Assembly: GCA_973895155.1 (NCBI GenBank)
Contig: OZ316892.1
Coordinates: forward strand, 30,324,932-30,388,931
Reading direction: 5' to 3'
Source: Marsupella aquatica
Taxonomy: Eukaryota > Plantae > Marchantiophyta
Length of the DNA stretch: 64,000 nt
Translations under genes and position numbers: made by a program
The notes under the pieces: model-generated
Told to the model about the DNA's origin: nothing
What the model saw: the letters and a program-made list of their open reading frames with translations, nothing else
Databases searched by the model: none
In this document: in pieces, positions 22,201 to 34,859 of the stretch
Position numbering within the stretch: the first letter of the stretch is position 1
How the letters are laid out: every line of letters starts with the position of its first letter

Positions 22201-23899
22201 TTCTCCAGTAGTTTCAGCAGACTCTGCATGCCTGGTTGCTGCATCGGCAAGTCTTCCTTCCTGGGCCTAAACACCTGCTCGATCGTAGGACTAACAGGTG
22301 GTTGAGGCTTCTCAGCCAACGGCCTCGGCGTTGGAGCTTCCTCGGGTGCCCTTACCTGCAGGGGAAGTACCGGGGCAAAAGTCTGACCTCTGGCATACCG
22401 GCACAACAGCGGCATGTGATAGCCAAGCCGCGACACGCTCCCCATGCCGATTACCTGCTGCTCCTCCTTTAAGATCTTCTTCAATTGGTTGAGGAGGTAC
22501 CCGTTGTAGTCCCGGCTTGGGTCTGGCCTTTCTGCCAGATAGACCTGTGCCTTGCCGATCCCTCGGCAAGTTACAATGCATGGTCACCCGCAAGAAGTCG
22601 ATCATCTCTCCTATGTGCGGGTTGGTGCAGGTGTTCCGGAAGAAGCCATTCTTCGTTGATGGCCCGGGGAACGACCGGAACTCCTTGTCAGGCAAGGTCT
22701 TCCTGGTATCAACTTTGGTCTTATTGCCCATCGGCAAGCCAAACACTTCGGCAATCACCTTGGGAGTAAGATAGAAATCCTTCCCATATATCCTCGTGCA
22801 ATTGGTCTCGGGTTCCCATGACCCCACGAATTCTAATAGGTCTGACTCCGGTACCTCCGGCTTCAGCCATGGTAATCTTACAAAGGCCTCCAAGCCGGAT
22901 CCGGCCATGAAGCCTTGGTACTTCTTGGTCTGCATGGCCGTAAAGCATGCATCCTCCTCCCGTGCAAAATGTAGTTGCACCTCCACCGGTAGGGTTGCCG
23001 CCCAGCCCTTCCAGGTGTCATCCCTGGTTGGAATGGCCTTGATGGGATCGACCTCCTCCTCTTCGGCTTCTCCCTGCCTCCTGCTCTGCTGCTCGGCTGG
23101 CTTCTTTGGTGCCGCCGACCTCGTTCTTTTTGCCGGGGTGGCTTCATCGTTGACGGCTCCCTTCCTCTTCATCTCTGCTGCCGTGGAGGTTTCTCCTAGC
23201 ACCGTTGCCTGGGTCCACCTTTCCGTGCTACCCTTTAATTCCCAGTGTATGTTGTTGCAGTTCTTGATGGCCTCTCGGATGCCGACGACGCTGTCCTTGC
23301 AAAACAGAAGATCGTCGAGTTGATTGGAAGTAGGCGTCCACAGGAACTCGTCCTTGATGAGTTTGCCTCCTAAGAAAGCCGTCTTCTGCAGCTCCCACAA
23401 TCGAGCGAGCTCCTGCCGTTCTCGAGCTGCCCTTTCTGACTCCTCGTCCTCGTAAGTCTTGATGTACTCAGTCGCCCGTTCGAACAGGCATCCCTAGAAA
23501 TGTGCCGCTTGATTGACGTTGCTCATACCCTCCTTAGGTTGATCGTCGGTATCTACTCTCTCCCCGAGTGCTTGCCTAAGCAGCTGACAGTAGTTGGCCT
23601 CCCGTAGTCGTCTGCCTAGTTCGTGCTCGCAAATGAGCCACCATCTCCTGCAAGCGCTCCTTACCCCTCTCCTCTGCCGGTCCTTCTTCCCGTTGATCCT
23701 TCCTAGCCGCCGACGCTTAACGCGCCCTAACCCTAATCGGGTTTTCACCCTCAGCCTTACCTCCGGCCTCTGCCCGGGTTCCATGGTTGCCCCTAATTGT
23801 TTATATTTTCCTTGTTTTGTCACTATACTAAGGTGTTCCTAGGGTGCCTTCTTGCTTTACCCACTTAACCGGCCGAGTGATTCCTGTCTAGGCATCACA
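19222..23899 (-). repeat. B1 5' LTR (4678 bp)
   Basis: Direct repeat of 8320-12997, followed by the PBS. Confidence 0.97.
20143..23784 (-). pseudogene. Second copy of the B LTR-encoded ORF (same two frameshifts plus a private TAG at 23494)
   Basis: ORFs 20143-21537, 21474-22484, 22312-23400 and 23494-23823. Confidence 0.85.
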
Positions 23900-25756
23900 G
23901 TTGTCGCAACCGTTGATGCGATCCAACAGGCCGGGCTAAGTACAGAAGTCGGTACAGCGAAGGTCTTACCCGAGCCCGGGTCTCCCAAAGACCCACCGGT
24001 AGCTATTCCGGAGAACCGGACATCGCTGCAGGAAGACACTCCAGCCCCTTCCAACATTACGTCCCCAGGGCTGGATGTCACTGCCCCGGCCCCCGCACGT
24101 GTTGACGTCTGCCTGTGCCCAACTCCGGACAGACACAACCTGGACCACCCGGAACTCTTCGTACCGGGCACATTTCTGAATGGGCTTCTAGGAGATTTCT
24201 CTCATCAAATTGCCCGGGATACCGGGGAGTTCATGGCCCGGAAGGTAGCCTGTTTCTTCAACCAGGAGTTAGTTGCCGCAGTAAAAGTCAGTCGGAGGCC
24301 CTTCAGAGGATAGAGAGGTACCGGGAGGAGTCCGTGTACCTAAAGAACGAAGTTGCAGCTCAGGAGGCTGAGCTTCTGCAACTACGACCCAAAGTTGCAG
24401 CCGCCGATGAGTTATTAGCAAAGGCGCACGCCCTTACCGCCCTAGCCGAGCAGGCCAAAGCAGGGAACGAGGCCGAGATTTCACGGCTCCGGTCCCAGAT
24501 TGACAGTTTGAAGAAACAAACTGTCAGCTGGCAGAGAGACTTGGAGGAGGCCGAAGAACGAGCCCAGCGGGACACTACGGAGATAGCCACGCTACAGGCC
24601 AAAGTGGCGCGGCTCCAAACCAAAGCCGAGAAGCAGGACCAGCTGGCGGGCAAGCTGATGAGCGACGCCCAGCAGTTGGAGGAGGCATGCCAGGAGGCAG
24701 CAGAGGAGACGGACGCGGCAAAGCGAGAGAACGAATCTCTGCTGGACCAGGTCCAGCTCCTCAAGGCGGACAACGACAGACTTCGGAGGCAGCGGGATGG
24801 CCGCTCCCACTCGGGCGGCTCTGGCAAGCGTGCCAGGCATTAGCGGCGGAGTAGGGATAGAATAGGGTTAGGAATAACTTAGTCAGGCTCTTGGGACAGG
24901 CACCTGCCTTAGCTACAGCAGCGCTGCCATGCTGTCCAGCCTCCGTAGATCACCATCTTCTAATAAGACATAGCCGTTTTCCGGCCTGACTGTCAGCTTA
25001 GTTAGGACCTTAGTCAGCGAATCTTCGGCAAGTGGACACCCCGTCCCTCGGCCCTTAGTATTTAGTGCACCCCTCGGTAGAGGCGAGGGGGGGGGTTTTT
25101 AGTTGCAGAGTTGGGCGTCCGCGGTATGTGCGGGGAGTCCCGACCTCTGGGAATGAAAGAGTACCAAGGGGAGGGGGTAGGACTAAGCTCGTCGGGCGAG
25201 TGCGGAGCCGGGCTCCGTTGTAGTGTGCACCCTCGGCCTTGAACCTGTTCATTCCGGGGCTGTCGGGTCAACTAAGTGTACGCATATGTTCCCTTTGTAG
25301 TAAAATCCTTTCCCATCATTTTCCTTCGTGTAAATCGAGATTGTATGCATGTGCGCGTGTATGTGTGTGGGCTTCTCGTATATGGGTGGCAGCGCCAGGC
25401 CGAACGCACTACCCGAGACGTGCACCGGGTGCAGCCTGCGGGTAAGTGGTTACGAGCACGGGTTGAGGACCTGTATCATCGAATCCGGATCGAAGGCGGA
25501 CAGCACGAAGGCTTAGAAGCCCTTAAGCCGGGGTCGATCCTGCTATCGACTAAGGTACGTTCCGGCGGCGGAACACAAACCATACCTAGGAGGTGTCCGT
25601 ATTTAGCAGTATGCGCACTTAGCGCTAGTTTACGAGAATAAGGTGCATTACGTGCTTCCCTTCCTGCCCGAACCCTCAGATTTACGAGGGATGTGCCCGT
25701 CTAAGCTGAAGTCTGAGTTAAGGCCGCAGCCGATGACGTGACATAGCCTTTGTTTT

Positions 25757-25774
25757 TGGCGCTAGATGGAAGGG
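25757..25774 (+). other. Primer binding site of C1 (tRNA-Asn-like)
   Basis: TGGCGCTAGATGGAAGGG, 13 nt after the LTR end at 25743. Confidence 0.8.
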
Positions 25775-25867
25775 GCACTCTACATATCGTAGAGGGGAGA
25801 CATGTGCGTATTCACCTAGGCAGGATACATCAAGACGTAGTACTAACCATCGCATTTATATGAGTAA

Positions 25868-28800
25868 ATGCCCGTCACTCATTCTCAAGCAGCTTACTTG
25901 AGGAGATTGACCAACGAACGAGAACGAACGAGAAAGTGCAGTCACGACAAGTTCCGATTCTTCGGACTCGGAAGACTCGCACTCGCCCCGACATATGAAC
26001 ATACCCCCGGGACCTTCGGGGTCTGGTTCTACCGGTCTTGCTGTGGTTCCTCCGCCACCACCACCGCCACCTCCACCTATGGCAGCCGCTCCACCGATGG
26101 CCCGCGCTGCTCAAGCTCCTCCACAAATATCGCAACGATCGCGATTTCATTATTGACCTTTCAAGGGGCGTCATGGGGATGATCCGGATGAATGGTTGGA
26201 TGATTTTGAAGCCACGGCTAAAGCTAATGGGGAAGACGCCATTAAGGTTATCAGTAACCCGAGCATCCCTCCTAAGCCAGGGATTTGGTGATCCCCGGTT
26301 TGTTATAACTGTGAAAAGCCATGACACTTTGCAAGGGAATGCACCGAACCAAGACGTCAGGGAGATGGCCGAGGCACCCCACTATGTCAAGTCTGCAAAA
26401 TGGAGGCTCATTCCACAGCCAACTGTCCGTTGGTAATCGCTGCTCAAACGAGCACAGCTAGACCGGCCTAGGCTGGACCGGCCACGAGCGATGCAATCGT
26501 CCAAATGATTGCTGTAGAATGGCAAGATGACAACACTGAGTGGGTGAATTTGGTGGACGTAGCAGAGCACCCTGATCCATTGGATGAGGCCGAGTGCTAC
26601 CGAGTGTCGACAAGGGCCGAACGGAAGGAAGAGAAGACGGAGGAGAAACGAAGGAAAAAGCAAGATACTACTCCGGTGCAGCCAGCGATAGATATACCCC
26701 CGGAGAAGGACGATGACTACCGACGAGACGACCCGAAGCTATTTTTCCCCCGCATCGAAGAATTGGTAAAGAAACAGTTGGAGGCCTACGAAGCTCGGGA
26801 ATACCAGAAGGCAATCGATAAGGACATCAAAGCAGCCGAGACCGCCCGGCGCCAGGAGCAAGAAGAGCAAGAAAAGCAAGAGGAAGCCAAGCTGCAGCCG
26901 AAGGAGGATAAAAAGGAGAACTACAATATTAAGGAAGACGTGAAGAGTTGCCCGGTTACAGCGACGGTGGGGCAACTGCTGCAGAACAACCCACAGTACA
27001 GACGGCAACTAAGGGAGTTGCTCATGGGTTGCCGAAGGAGGAGACTACCCCGAGTTGGGATCGCGGACTGCAACATGATATGCGAGGACCTTGGGGCACC
27101 GGACATCTCGATCGAAATTAATAATTGTACCATCAAGATGGTTCTTGTAGACGGAGGAGCGGGAGTCAACATCATGACCGAAGAAATGTCAGTCAAGTTA
27201 GGATACCTCACGTATCAACCCACAGCCCGAGCTATCAGATTAGCAAACGGGGCAAGGGTCCTCCCATTAGGCACGCTCACACGAGTGCTCACTCTGGTGG
27301 GAGGGGTGGAGTTCTATCTCAACTTCCTAGTCATGAGGCCGGTTCGTCCCTCCTCTTACCCGGTTCTTCTGGGCAGGCCGTGGCTGTACGGTGGCCGCGT
27401 AGTCACGGATTGGGGAAAGAAGGAGCTACGGTTCGGGGAACCCACCGTACGGGTATCATGGGCAATAGACGATTATCAAGGAGAAACCCCACAAGGACCC
27501 GAGGAATATGATTCGGAGACCTCGGAGGAAGAGGAACTCAATATGATTGAACTCATCTCATCCCTGTCCGAGGAAGATGTCTTCGGAGTTGAAGCAACCC
27601 GCGAAACACATCTCCTAAATTACCCGAGGACTGCCATTGAGTCCACCCCAAGCACATCTACTGCCGGGGATGAGGAAACGCACGAACAACTCGTCGAGAC
27701 CAAGGACACGGCTCCAGCTAAGCAGGGAGCCGAGGCTGCTTCTATCATTGCAGAGCCTCGTGACCACGAACCAGCCCAGCAACCGCCCGAGGCCGAAAAC
27801 TCGAGACCGAGACATAAGAAACGAGTCTCATGGGATCCGTCCATTCCGCAATTGGAGGAAGTAACTCCAATCCCGAGACCAATACCGGTTCCACCCATGT
27901 ACGGAGGAGTTTGGCTAGCTGAGCTTGATGCGAGCCTGGACCCGAGCCTGCGAAACCAGGTTGAAGTCATCAGGAAGGAGCACTACCGGAAGTACACCAT
28001 TGGGATGGACAAATCTTTTAACCTGGGCCACGCTCTGACAGGGGAGGCTGAAAAATCCATCCAAGCTTTGCTCAAGGAATATGAAGATGTGTTTGCATGG
28101 AGTCATCATGATTTAACAGGCGTCTCCCCCGAGTTGGGAGAACACATGATCGATCTGAACCTAGGAGCCCATGCGGTACGGCAGCGACAACGTCGCATGA
28201 ACCCGAGGTACTCCATCTTAGTGAAGGAGGAGATTGATCGTCTCCTCGCCGCCAATATCATCTACCCGGTAATGGCCAGCGACTGGGTCTCTCCCATTGT
28301 CATTGTACCAAAGGAGGGAGGTACGGATGGAAAACCTAAGATTCGTATTTGTCAGGACTACCGTAAGCTGAACGACGCAACCCGAAAAGACCATTACCCA
28401 TTACCATTCACGGATAAGGTTCTAGATATGGTAGCCCGAAATGAAATCTATACATTTCTTGACGGGTATTCAGGTTATAACCAAATCTGGATTCGCCTCG
28501 TGGATCAGCTCAAAACAACTTTCACTACGGAGTGGGGGACTTTCGCATTTCGGAGGATGCCGTTCGGACTGTGTAACGCCCCGGCCATGTTTCAGCGACT
28601 CATGATGAATATCTTCCATGATTTCCTACGGGAATTTCTGGAAATATTTATCGACGACTTCGCCATTTTTGGAATTGTCGCCATGCACCCCGAGCACCTA
28701 AGACGTACGTTGCAACGATGCCGAGAGGTTAACCTCAAGCTTCATCCCGCCAAATGCTTTTTCGGGGTAGAGGAGGGAGTGTTACTCGGGCATCGTGTGT

Positions 28801-30828
28801 CCAAACGGGGTATCGAGGTCGATCAAGAGAAGGTCGCGGCCTGGATGGCGGTGGTGTTCCCCGTGGATCAAAAAGCAGTACGATCCTTCTTGGGCTGTGT
28901 AGGGTATTACCGCCGGTTCATTAAAGATTTTGCTAAAATAGCTTTGCCCTTAACAGAGATGATAAAAAAGGACGCGGTGATCGAGGAGACCCCAAGGAGA
29001 CGGGTTGCTTTCGAAGAACTCCGTAAAAGACTCACCACCGCACCTATCATGGTCACTCCAGACTGGAACAAGGAGTTCCACGTGTATGTCGACGTGTCAG
29101 GGTTCTGTATCGGGTCTGTGCTTAGACAGCTTGATACAGACGGACGCGATCACCCCATCTACTTCGCTAGCCGTCAATTATTCACAGCCGAAAAAAATTA
29201 TTCCCCCACGGATCGAGAGGCACTGGGCATAATCTACTCATGTAAGAAGTTCCGGCACTATCTGCTCGGCCACAAGGTCATCTTCCACACGGATCACGAC
29301 AGCCTGAAGTACATGGTCAACAAAGCAGACGTAACGGGACGGATAGCCCGTTGGGTGCTACTTCTCCAGGAATTTAACTATGAAGTTCGGGTTCGGCCAG
29401 GAAAGGCACACCTCAATGCCGACTTCTTTTCACGGCTGGACGGCGTACCAGTCGATCAGCCAATTGATGATATTTTTCCGGATGAGGAGTTGTTCCACGT
29501 AGGGGAGGGGACACCAACGTGGTACGGCTCGATAATCACCTTCCTTTTAACAGGCCGCATCCCTGACGGCATCAATCAGGAGGCCGCCGCTGTGTTTTTA
29601 CGGAAAGCCGGGCCTTACGTCATGATACAGGGTCACCTACATAAGGAAGGTATTAATGGAAAGTTATGATGCTGCTTAGAGTATAAGGAGACGCTTATCA
29701 TGATGCGGGCCCTGCATGAAGAAGAAGCTGGAGGCCATTTCGCGGCAGTCACGACAGCCCGAAAGATTCTGGACTCGGGGTATTGGTGGCCTACATTGCA
29801 TCGGGATGTACAATGCTTCATTAAGGGCTGTGACTTGTGTCAGCGAGCTGGGGCCCCGAGGCGGGCTCATCATCACCCGCTCACATCTGTGCTGCCATCG
29901 GCACCATTCGAAAAATGGGGAATTGATTATATCGGGCCGTTTACTCCCGTTACCCAAAGGCGGAGATGCAGGTACATCCTATTAGCTATTGATTACTCCA
30001 CCAAGTGGGTCGAAGCGCGGGCTACGGTAAAGGACGATGCCGCAACCAGTGCCAGATTCTTATACGAACAGATTTTCACCTGATTCGGCCCACCCTTAGA
30101 ATTGGTAAGCGACCGTGGAACCCACTTCCTCAATGACACCGTAGCCCAGCTTATAGAGCATTACCTAGTCAAGCACCGCAAGACTACCCCGTATCATCCT
30201 AAGGCCAACGGGATGACAGAGAGAGCCAATGGTATCATTGGGAAGATCCTCAACAAAACTGTAGCTGCGCACAAAACGGATTGGGATGATAAGTTGTACG
30301 CAGCGGTGTACTCGTATAATCTAGCTTACAAAACTACTACGAGTCACAGCCCGTACTTTCTTGTGTTCGGCCAACATTCGTTGGTACCCGTCGAGTTTGA
30401 AGTACACACTCCATGGGTCAGCATTCGGGATCGCTTACCTGAATCTGAAAGTTCGTCAGACCGAGCTTATCAGATTGAAGCCCTAGAAGAAGCACGGCTA
30501 CTAGCAGCTCGACACGCCGTGAAGAAACAGGCAACTTTGAAGAAGCAGCACGACAAAGGACTACGGAGGGTCGACATCGTGGCAGGCGATCTAGTCCTTC
30601 TGTACGATAGTAGGTACATGCAGTTTCCAGGGAAGCTTCATACCCGGTGGTTAGGGCCCTTCCTTGTCAATCAGATCTACCGTAACGGATCTTTGGAGCT
30701 TGCGACGTATGCCGGCGATTTACTCCCCCCGTGAATCAGCTACGATCGTGTAAAAAAAGTACCATCATCAAGATGACGACGCCGAGAGTGATGTTCGCGA
30801 GGACGCTTCACAATTAAGCAGGGAGCTA
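25868..30828 (+). pseudogene. C1 gag-pro-pol (capsid largely deleted; stops and frameshifts in gag and integrase)
   Basis: Gag remnant DDPDEWLDDF, CYNC knuckle, PR VDGGA, RT FIDDF and RNase H in ORF 26505-29669. Integrase pieces at 29700-30083 and 30102-30734. Confidence 0.92.
30816..30828 (+). other. Polypurine tract of C1
   Basis: AAGCAGGGAGCTA directly before the LTR TG at 30829. Confidence 0.8.
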
Positions 30829-33800
30829 TGTGACGCCGCCGGTACGGCGGTTAATGAGTGATTCGGTCTAACTACGCTCAGCACGCGTTAGGAGTGTCTT
30901 AGGCTGCTATTATTAGCATAACGACAGTATTTAGGTAATCATTATGGGTAGGACATCATTAGGCAATAAGGGGGAATTCAGGTTCGGACTGGCGGCGTGT
31001 CGCTATTCGCACACCCGGGTTACGAGCATGGAGGGGCCCCTCCCTCGGGTCTGTATAACGAACTTAAGGAAGCGGCCACTGACCCGCGCTGACTCAGACC
31101 GGCGGAGTGGCCGGTACACCTCAAGCGTGAGCGGTTCAGCCTATGGGCGTCAAGGAGACGTCGGGGGATCAGCAAGCCCTCAAGGTATAAAAAGGGAGCC
31201 GACCCTTTGGAGTGCACCAGTCCATCAGTCCACGCGCCAGCTTTGACCCCAGCTCTCTCGCTTGCTCTAAGTCGCCACTACTATCTCCTCTGAATGTCGC
31301 ACACGATCCTCTCCAGCTCGGCCATTCGATTCTAGACGCAGTTCCTATCTACCGGAAGGCACTTGGCCGACTCATTGAAACACGCCAACCCGCATCGATA
31401 CGAAATCGAACGCGAGTACGAGAGAGCTATCCGCCTAGCCGGACGTCACCACTATATCCTTAACTTTGACTACCCGTCTCAGAGCGAGCTTTATCGACCA
31501 GCAGAGGTATTTGGGTACTTCTTCAACGGAGACAAATATATCGGTTTCTGGGAAGCATTGCTTCGGCTTCCGGACGAGGTCTTCAATATCCCGGGTACGA
31601 TCGACTTGCAACGACATCACTTTGACCACATCCCTGCTCAGGTTCGGGCTATCATCAACAGCGAGTCCAGCACTACCCGTTCGACAAGGTCGTCTGCACT
31701 CGCTTTGGAGAACTTCTACCAGCACCTACAGAGCTTCATGGGAACTCGGCCATCAACCAACATGACCAACTCACCCGTACCCGTACCCATGCAACCTCAG
31801 GCTCAACCTCAGGCTCAACCTCAGGCTCAACCTCAGGCTCAACTTCAGCTTCAGCCTCAGCCGCAGCCTAGCCAAACCCCACCACCGATCGCCCAGCCGG
31901 CACAAGTATGCTCCGTCATCAACGCTGTGGATCTTAGCGATGACGACGAGGCTACCCCACCCTTGACCAGGCGGCCCAGAGGAACAAGCGCTCAGGGGGC
32001 CGGCACTATATCGTCCCTGCCCCCTGCTCTGACCCCAGGAGCGGCCCCGGCAGACATGGTGACCGTGGCCGCCCCGGGCCCGTTACTAACGGCAGTGGCA
32101 CTACCCAGGCCCGATCGGGAGGATGGGGAAGTGTCACCTTCCCCGAGCCAGTCAAGGGGGAAGAAGAGGAAGGAATCCGCCACTGCATCCGGGTTACCAT
32201 TGGCCACGGTAGCCGTGGCCAAGGTAACAATGCACCGCATGGGGGAAAACGTGCATAAGAATATCCTTCATCCCAAGCATGCGGTGTACCTGAAGACTCA
32301 GGGATTCGAGCACCTCGCCGCTCTGCCCTGGAACACTTGCAGGTACTACGGGGAGGACATGACGGAATTCATCAAGAATTATGATGATACACGTCAGCAA
32401 ACTCGGCTGCGGGGAAGGAATATGTCCCTCACGGAAGAACGGCTCAGGATGATCTTCGGATTACCCAAAGGTGACCATCGAGTCGAATCAGGGCTCCCGG
32501 GGGCAAGGGAGCCAAGTACCAATCTTCAAGTTTTCCCTCAGAGGGAGCAGTGGACAACGGGTTCGTGATGAGGACCTGCCTCATCCCCGAGATAGCTGAG
32601 CGACTGGAGTTCCAGAGGTACGCCCTCCACATGATGGAAACCCGGGGGGAGATCTCCGCCGCCCAAGTTATCCAGGTCGAGAACTATCGACCTAGGAAGT
32701 GGGCGTCGTACTTTGCTAAGAAATTCCATGAAGAGATGGAGCGGCGAAGGAAGACACTGTACATTGGCGGGAAGGCGTACTTTGCTAGCCATATCGAGAT
32801 CATTCTTGAGTGGTACGCTCGGTTTGATCGACGAACCCTTCCCCGTGTCAACGTTACAAAGATGGTCCCGGCTAGGTGGGTTTTCCGGGCCTTGGAGAGA
32901 CAGCCCCAACCCGAGGCCCGAAGTCCGGCGGACACGCCAGCTTCACCCACCCCACCTCCACAAGTAGCTGTGGTCGTAACCGAGGAGGTACCGGAGGGGT
33001 CGGTTGTCGCAACCGTTGATGCGATACAACAGGCCGGGCTAAGTACAGAAGTCGGTACGGCGGAGGTCTTACCCAAGCCCGGGTCTCCCAAAGACCCACC
33101 GGTAGCTATTCCGGAGAACCGGACATCGCTGTAGGAAGACACTCCAGCCCCTTCCAACATTACGTCCCCAGGGCTGGATGTCACTGCCCCGGCCCCCGCA
33201 CGTGTTCACATCTGCCCGTGCCCAACTCCGGACAGACACAACCTGGACCACCCGGAACTCTTCGTACCGGGCACATTTCTGAATGGGCTTCTGGGAGATT
33301 TCTCTCATCAAATTGCCCGGGATACCGGGGAGTTCATGGCCCGGAAGGTAGCCTGTTTCTTCAACCAGGAGTTGGTTGCCGTAGTAAAAGTAGGTCGGGC
33401 CCAGTCGGAGGCCCTTCAGAGGATAGAGCGGTACCGGGAGGAGTCCGTGTACCTAAAGAACAAAGTTGCGGCTCAGGAGGCTGAGCTTCTGCAACTACGA
33501 CCCAAAGTTGCAGCCGCCGATGAGTTGTTAGCAAAGGCGCACGCCCTTACCGCCCTAGCCGAGCAGGCCAAAGCAGGGAACGAGGCCGAGATTTCACGGC
33601 TCCGGTCCCAGATTGACAGTTTGAAGAAATAAATTGTCAGCTGGCAGAAAGACTTGGAGGAGGCCGAAGAACGAGCCCAGCGGGACACTACGGAGATAGC
33701 CACGCTACAAGCCAAAGTGGCGCGGCTCCAAACCAAAGCCGAGAAGCAGGACCAGCTGGCGGGCAAGCTGACGAGCGACGCCCAGCAGTTGGAGGAGGCA

Positions 33801-34854
33801 TGCCAGGAGGCAGCAGAGGAGACGGACGCGGCGAAGCAAGAGAACGAATCTCTGCTGGACCAGGTCCAGCTCCTCAAGGCGGACAACAACAGACTTCGTA
33901 GGCAGCGGGATGGCCGCTCCCACTCGGGCGGCTCTGGCAAGCATGCCAGGCATTAGCGGTGGAGTAGGGATAGAATAGGGTTAGGAATAACTTAGTCAGG
34001 CTCTTGGGACAGGCACCTGCCTTAGGTACAGCAGCGCTGCCATGCTGTCCAGCCTGCGTAGATCACCATCTTCTAATAAGACATAGCCGTTTTCTGGCCT
34101 GACTGTCAGCTTAGTTAGGACCTTAGTCAGCGAATCTTCGGCAAGTGGACACCCCATCCCTCGGCCCTTAGTATTTAGTGCACCCCTCGGTAGAGGCGAG
34201 GGGGGGTTTTTAGTTGCAGAGTTGGGCGTCTGCGGTATGTGCGGGGAGTCCCGACCTCTGGGAATGAAAGAGTACCAAGGGGAGGGGGTAGGACTAAGCT
34301 CGTCGGGCGAGTGCGGAGCCGGGCTCCGTTGTAGTGTGCACCCTCGGCCTTGAACCTGTTCATTCCGGGGCTGTCGGGTCAACTAAGTGTACGCATATGT
34401 TCCCTTTGTAGTAAAATCCTTTCCCATCATTTTCCTTCGTGTAAATCGAGATTGTATGCATGTGCGCGTGTATGTGTGTGGGTTTCTCGTATATGGGTGG
34501 CAGCGCCAGGCCGAACGCACTACCCGAGACGTGCACCGGGTGCAGCCTGCGGGTAAGTGGTTACGAGCACGGGTTGAGGACCTGTATTATCGAATCTGGA
34601 TCGAAGGCGGACAGCACGAAGGCTTAGAAGCCCTTAAGCCGGGGTCGATCCTGCTATTGACTAAGGTAAGTTCCGGCGGCGGAACACAAACCATACCTAG
34701 GAGGTGTCCGTATTTAGCAGTATGCGCACTTAGCGCTAGTTTACGAGAATAAGGTGCATTACGTGCTTCCCTTCCTGCCCGAACCCTCAGATTTACGAGG
34801 GATGTGCCCGTCTAAGCTGAAGTCTGAGTTAAGGCCGCAGCCGATGACGTGACA
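30829..34854 (+). repeat. C1 3' LTR (4026 bp)
   Basis: Uninterrupted direct repeat of the 5' LTR. Confidence 0.95.
31294..33956 (+). pseudogene. C-family LTR-encoded protein (~887 aa reconstructed: QPQA repeat, PMD-like core, C-terminal coiled coil)
   Basis: Pieces 31363-32568, 32550-33134, 33336-33632 and 33654-33956. Lesions differ from those of the 5' LTR copy, so the consensus is one open frame. Confidence 0.85.
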
Positions 34855-34859
34855 GGGTC

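Larger units (their letters stand above)
8320..23899 (-). mobile_element. Family B Ty3/gypsy element B1, young, full length (15.58 kb), intact gag-pro and pol
   Basis: TG...CA termini. TSD GTTGT at 8315-8319 and 23900-23904. 4678-bp LTRs at constant offset 10902 with only about ten substitutions seen by eye. PBS and PPT present. Confidence 0.97.
6629..24843 (+). pseudogene. C-family LTR-encoded PMD-like + coiled-coil ORF in the 5' LTR (6629-8319 plus 23905-24843)
   Basis: Pieces 6629-7057, 7238-7927, 7943-8319 and 23905-24843. CAG>TAG stops, the B1 insertion and a small deletion near 24290 relative to the 3' LTR. Confidence 0.85.
6162..25743 (+). repeat. C1 5' LTR (~3997 bp; 6162-8319 plus 23905-25743, interrupted by B1)
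   Basis: Direct repeat of 30829-34854. The empty site GGGGTCGGTTGTCGCAACC is visible in the 3' LTR at ~32996-33014. Confidence 0.95.
6162..34854 (+). mobile_element. Family C Ty3/gypsy element C1, full length with ~4-kb LTRs
   Basis: TGTGACG...CGTGACA termini. TSD GGGTC at 6157-6161 and 34855-34859. PBS at 25757, gag-pol, PPT at 30816. Confidence 0.95.

Noticed and set aside
8320-23899. 4.7-kb direct repeat read as a segmental duplication or assembly artefact
   Set aside because: TG/CA ends, TSD, adjacent PBS and PPT, and private substitutions identify the repeats as LTRs.
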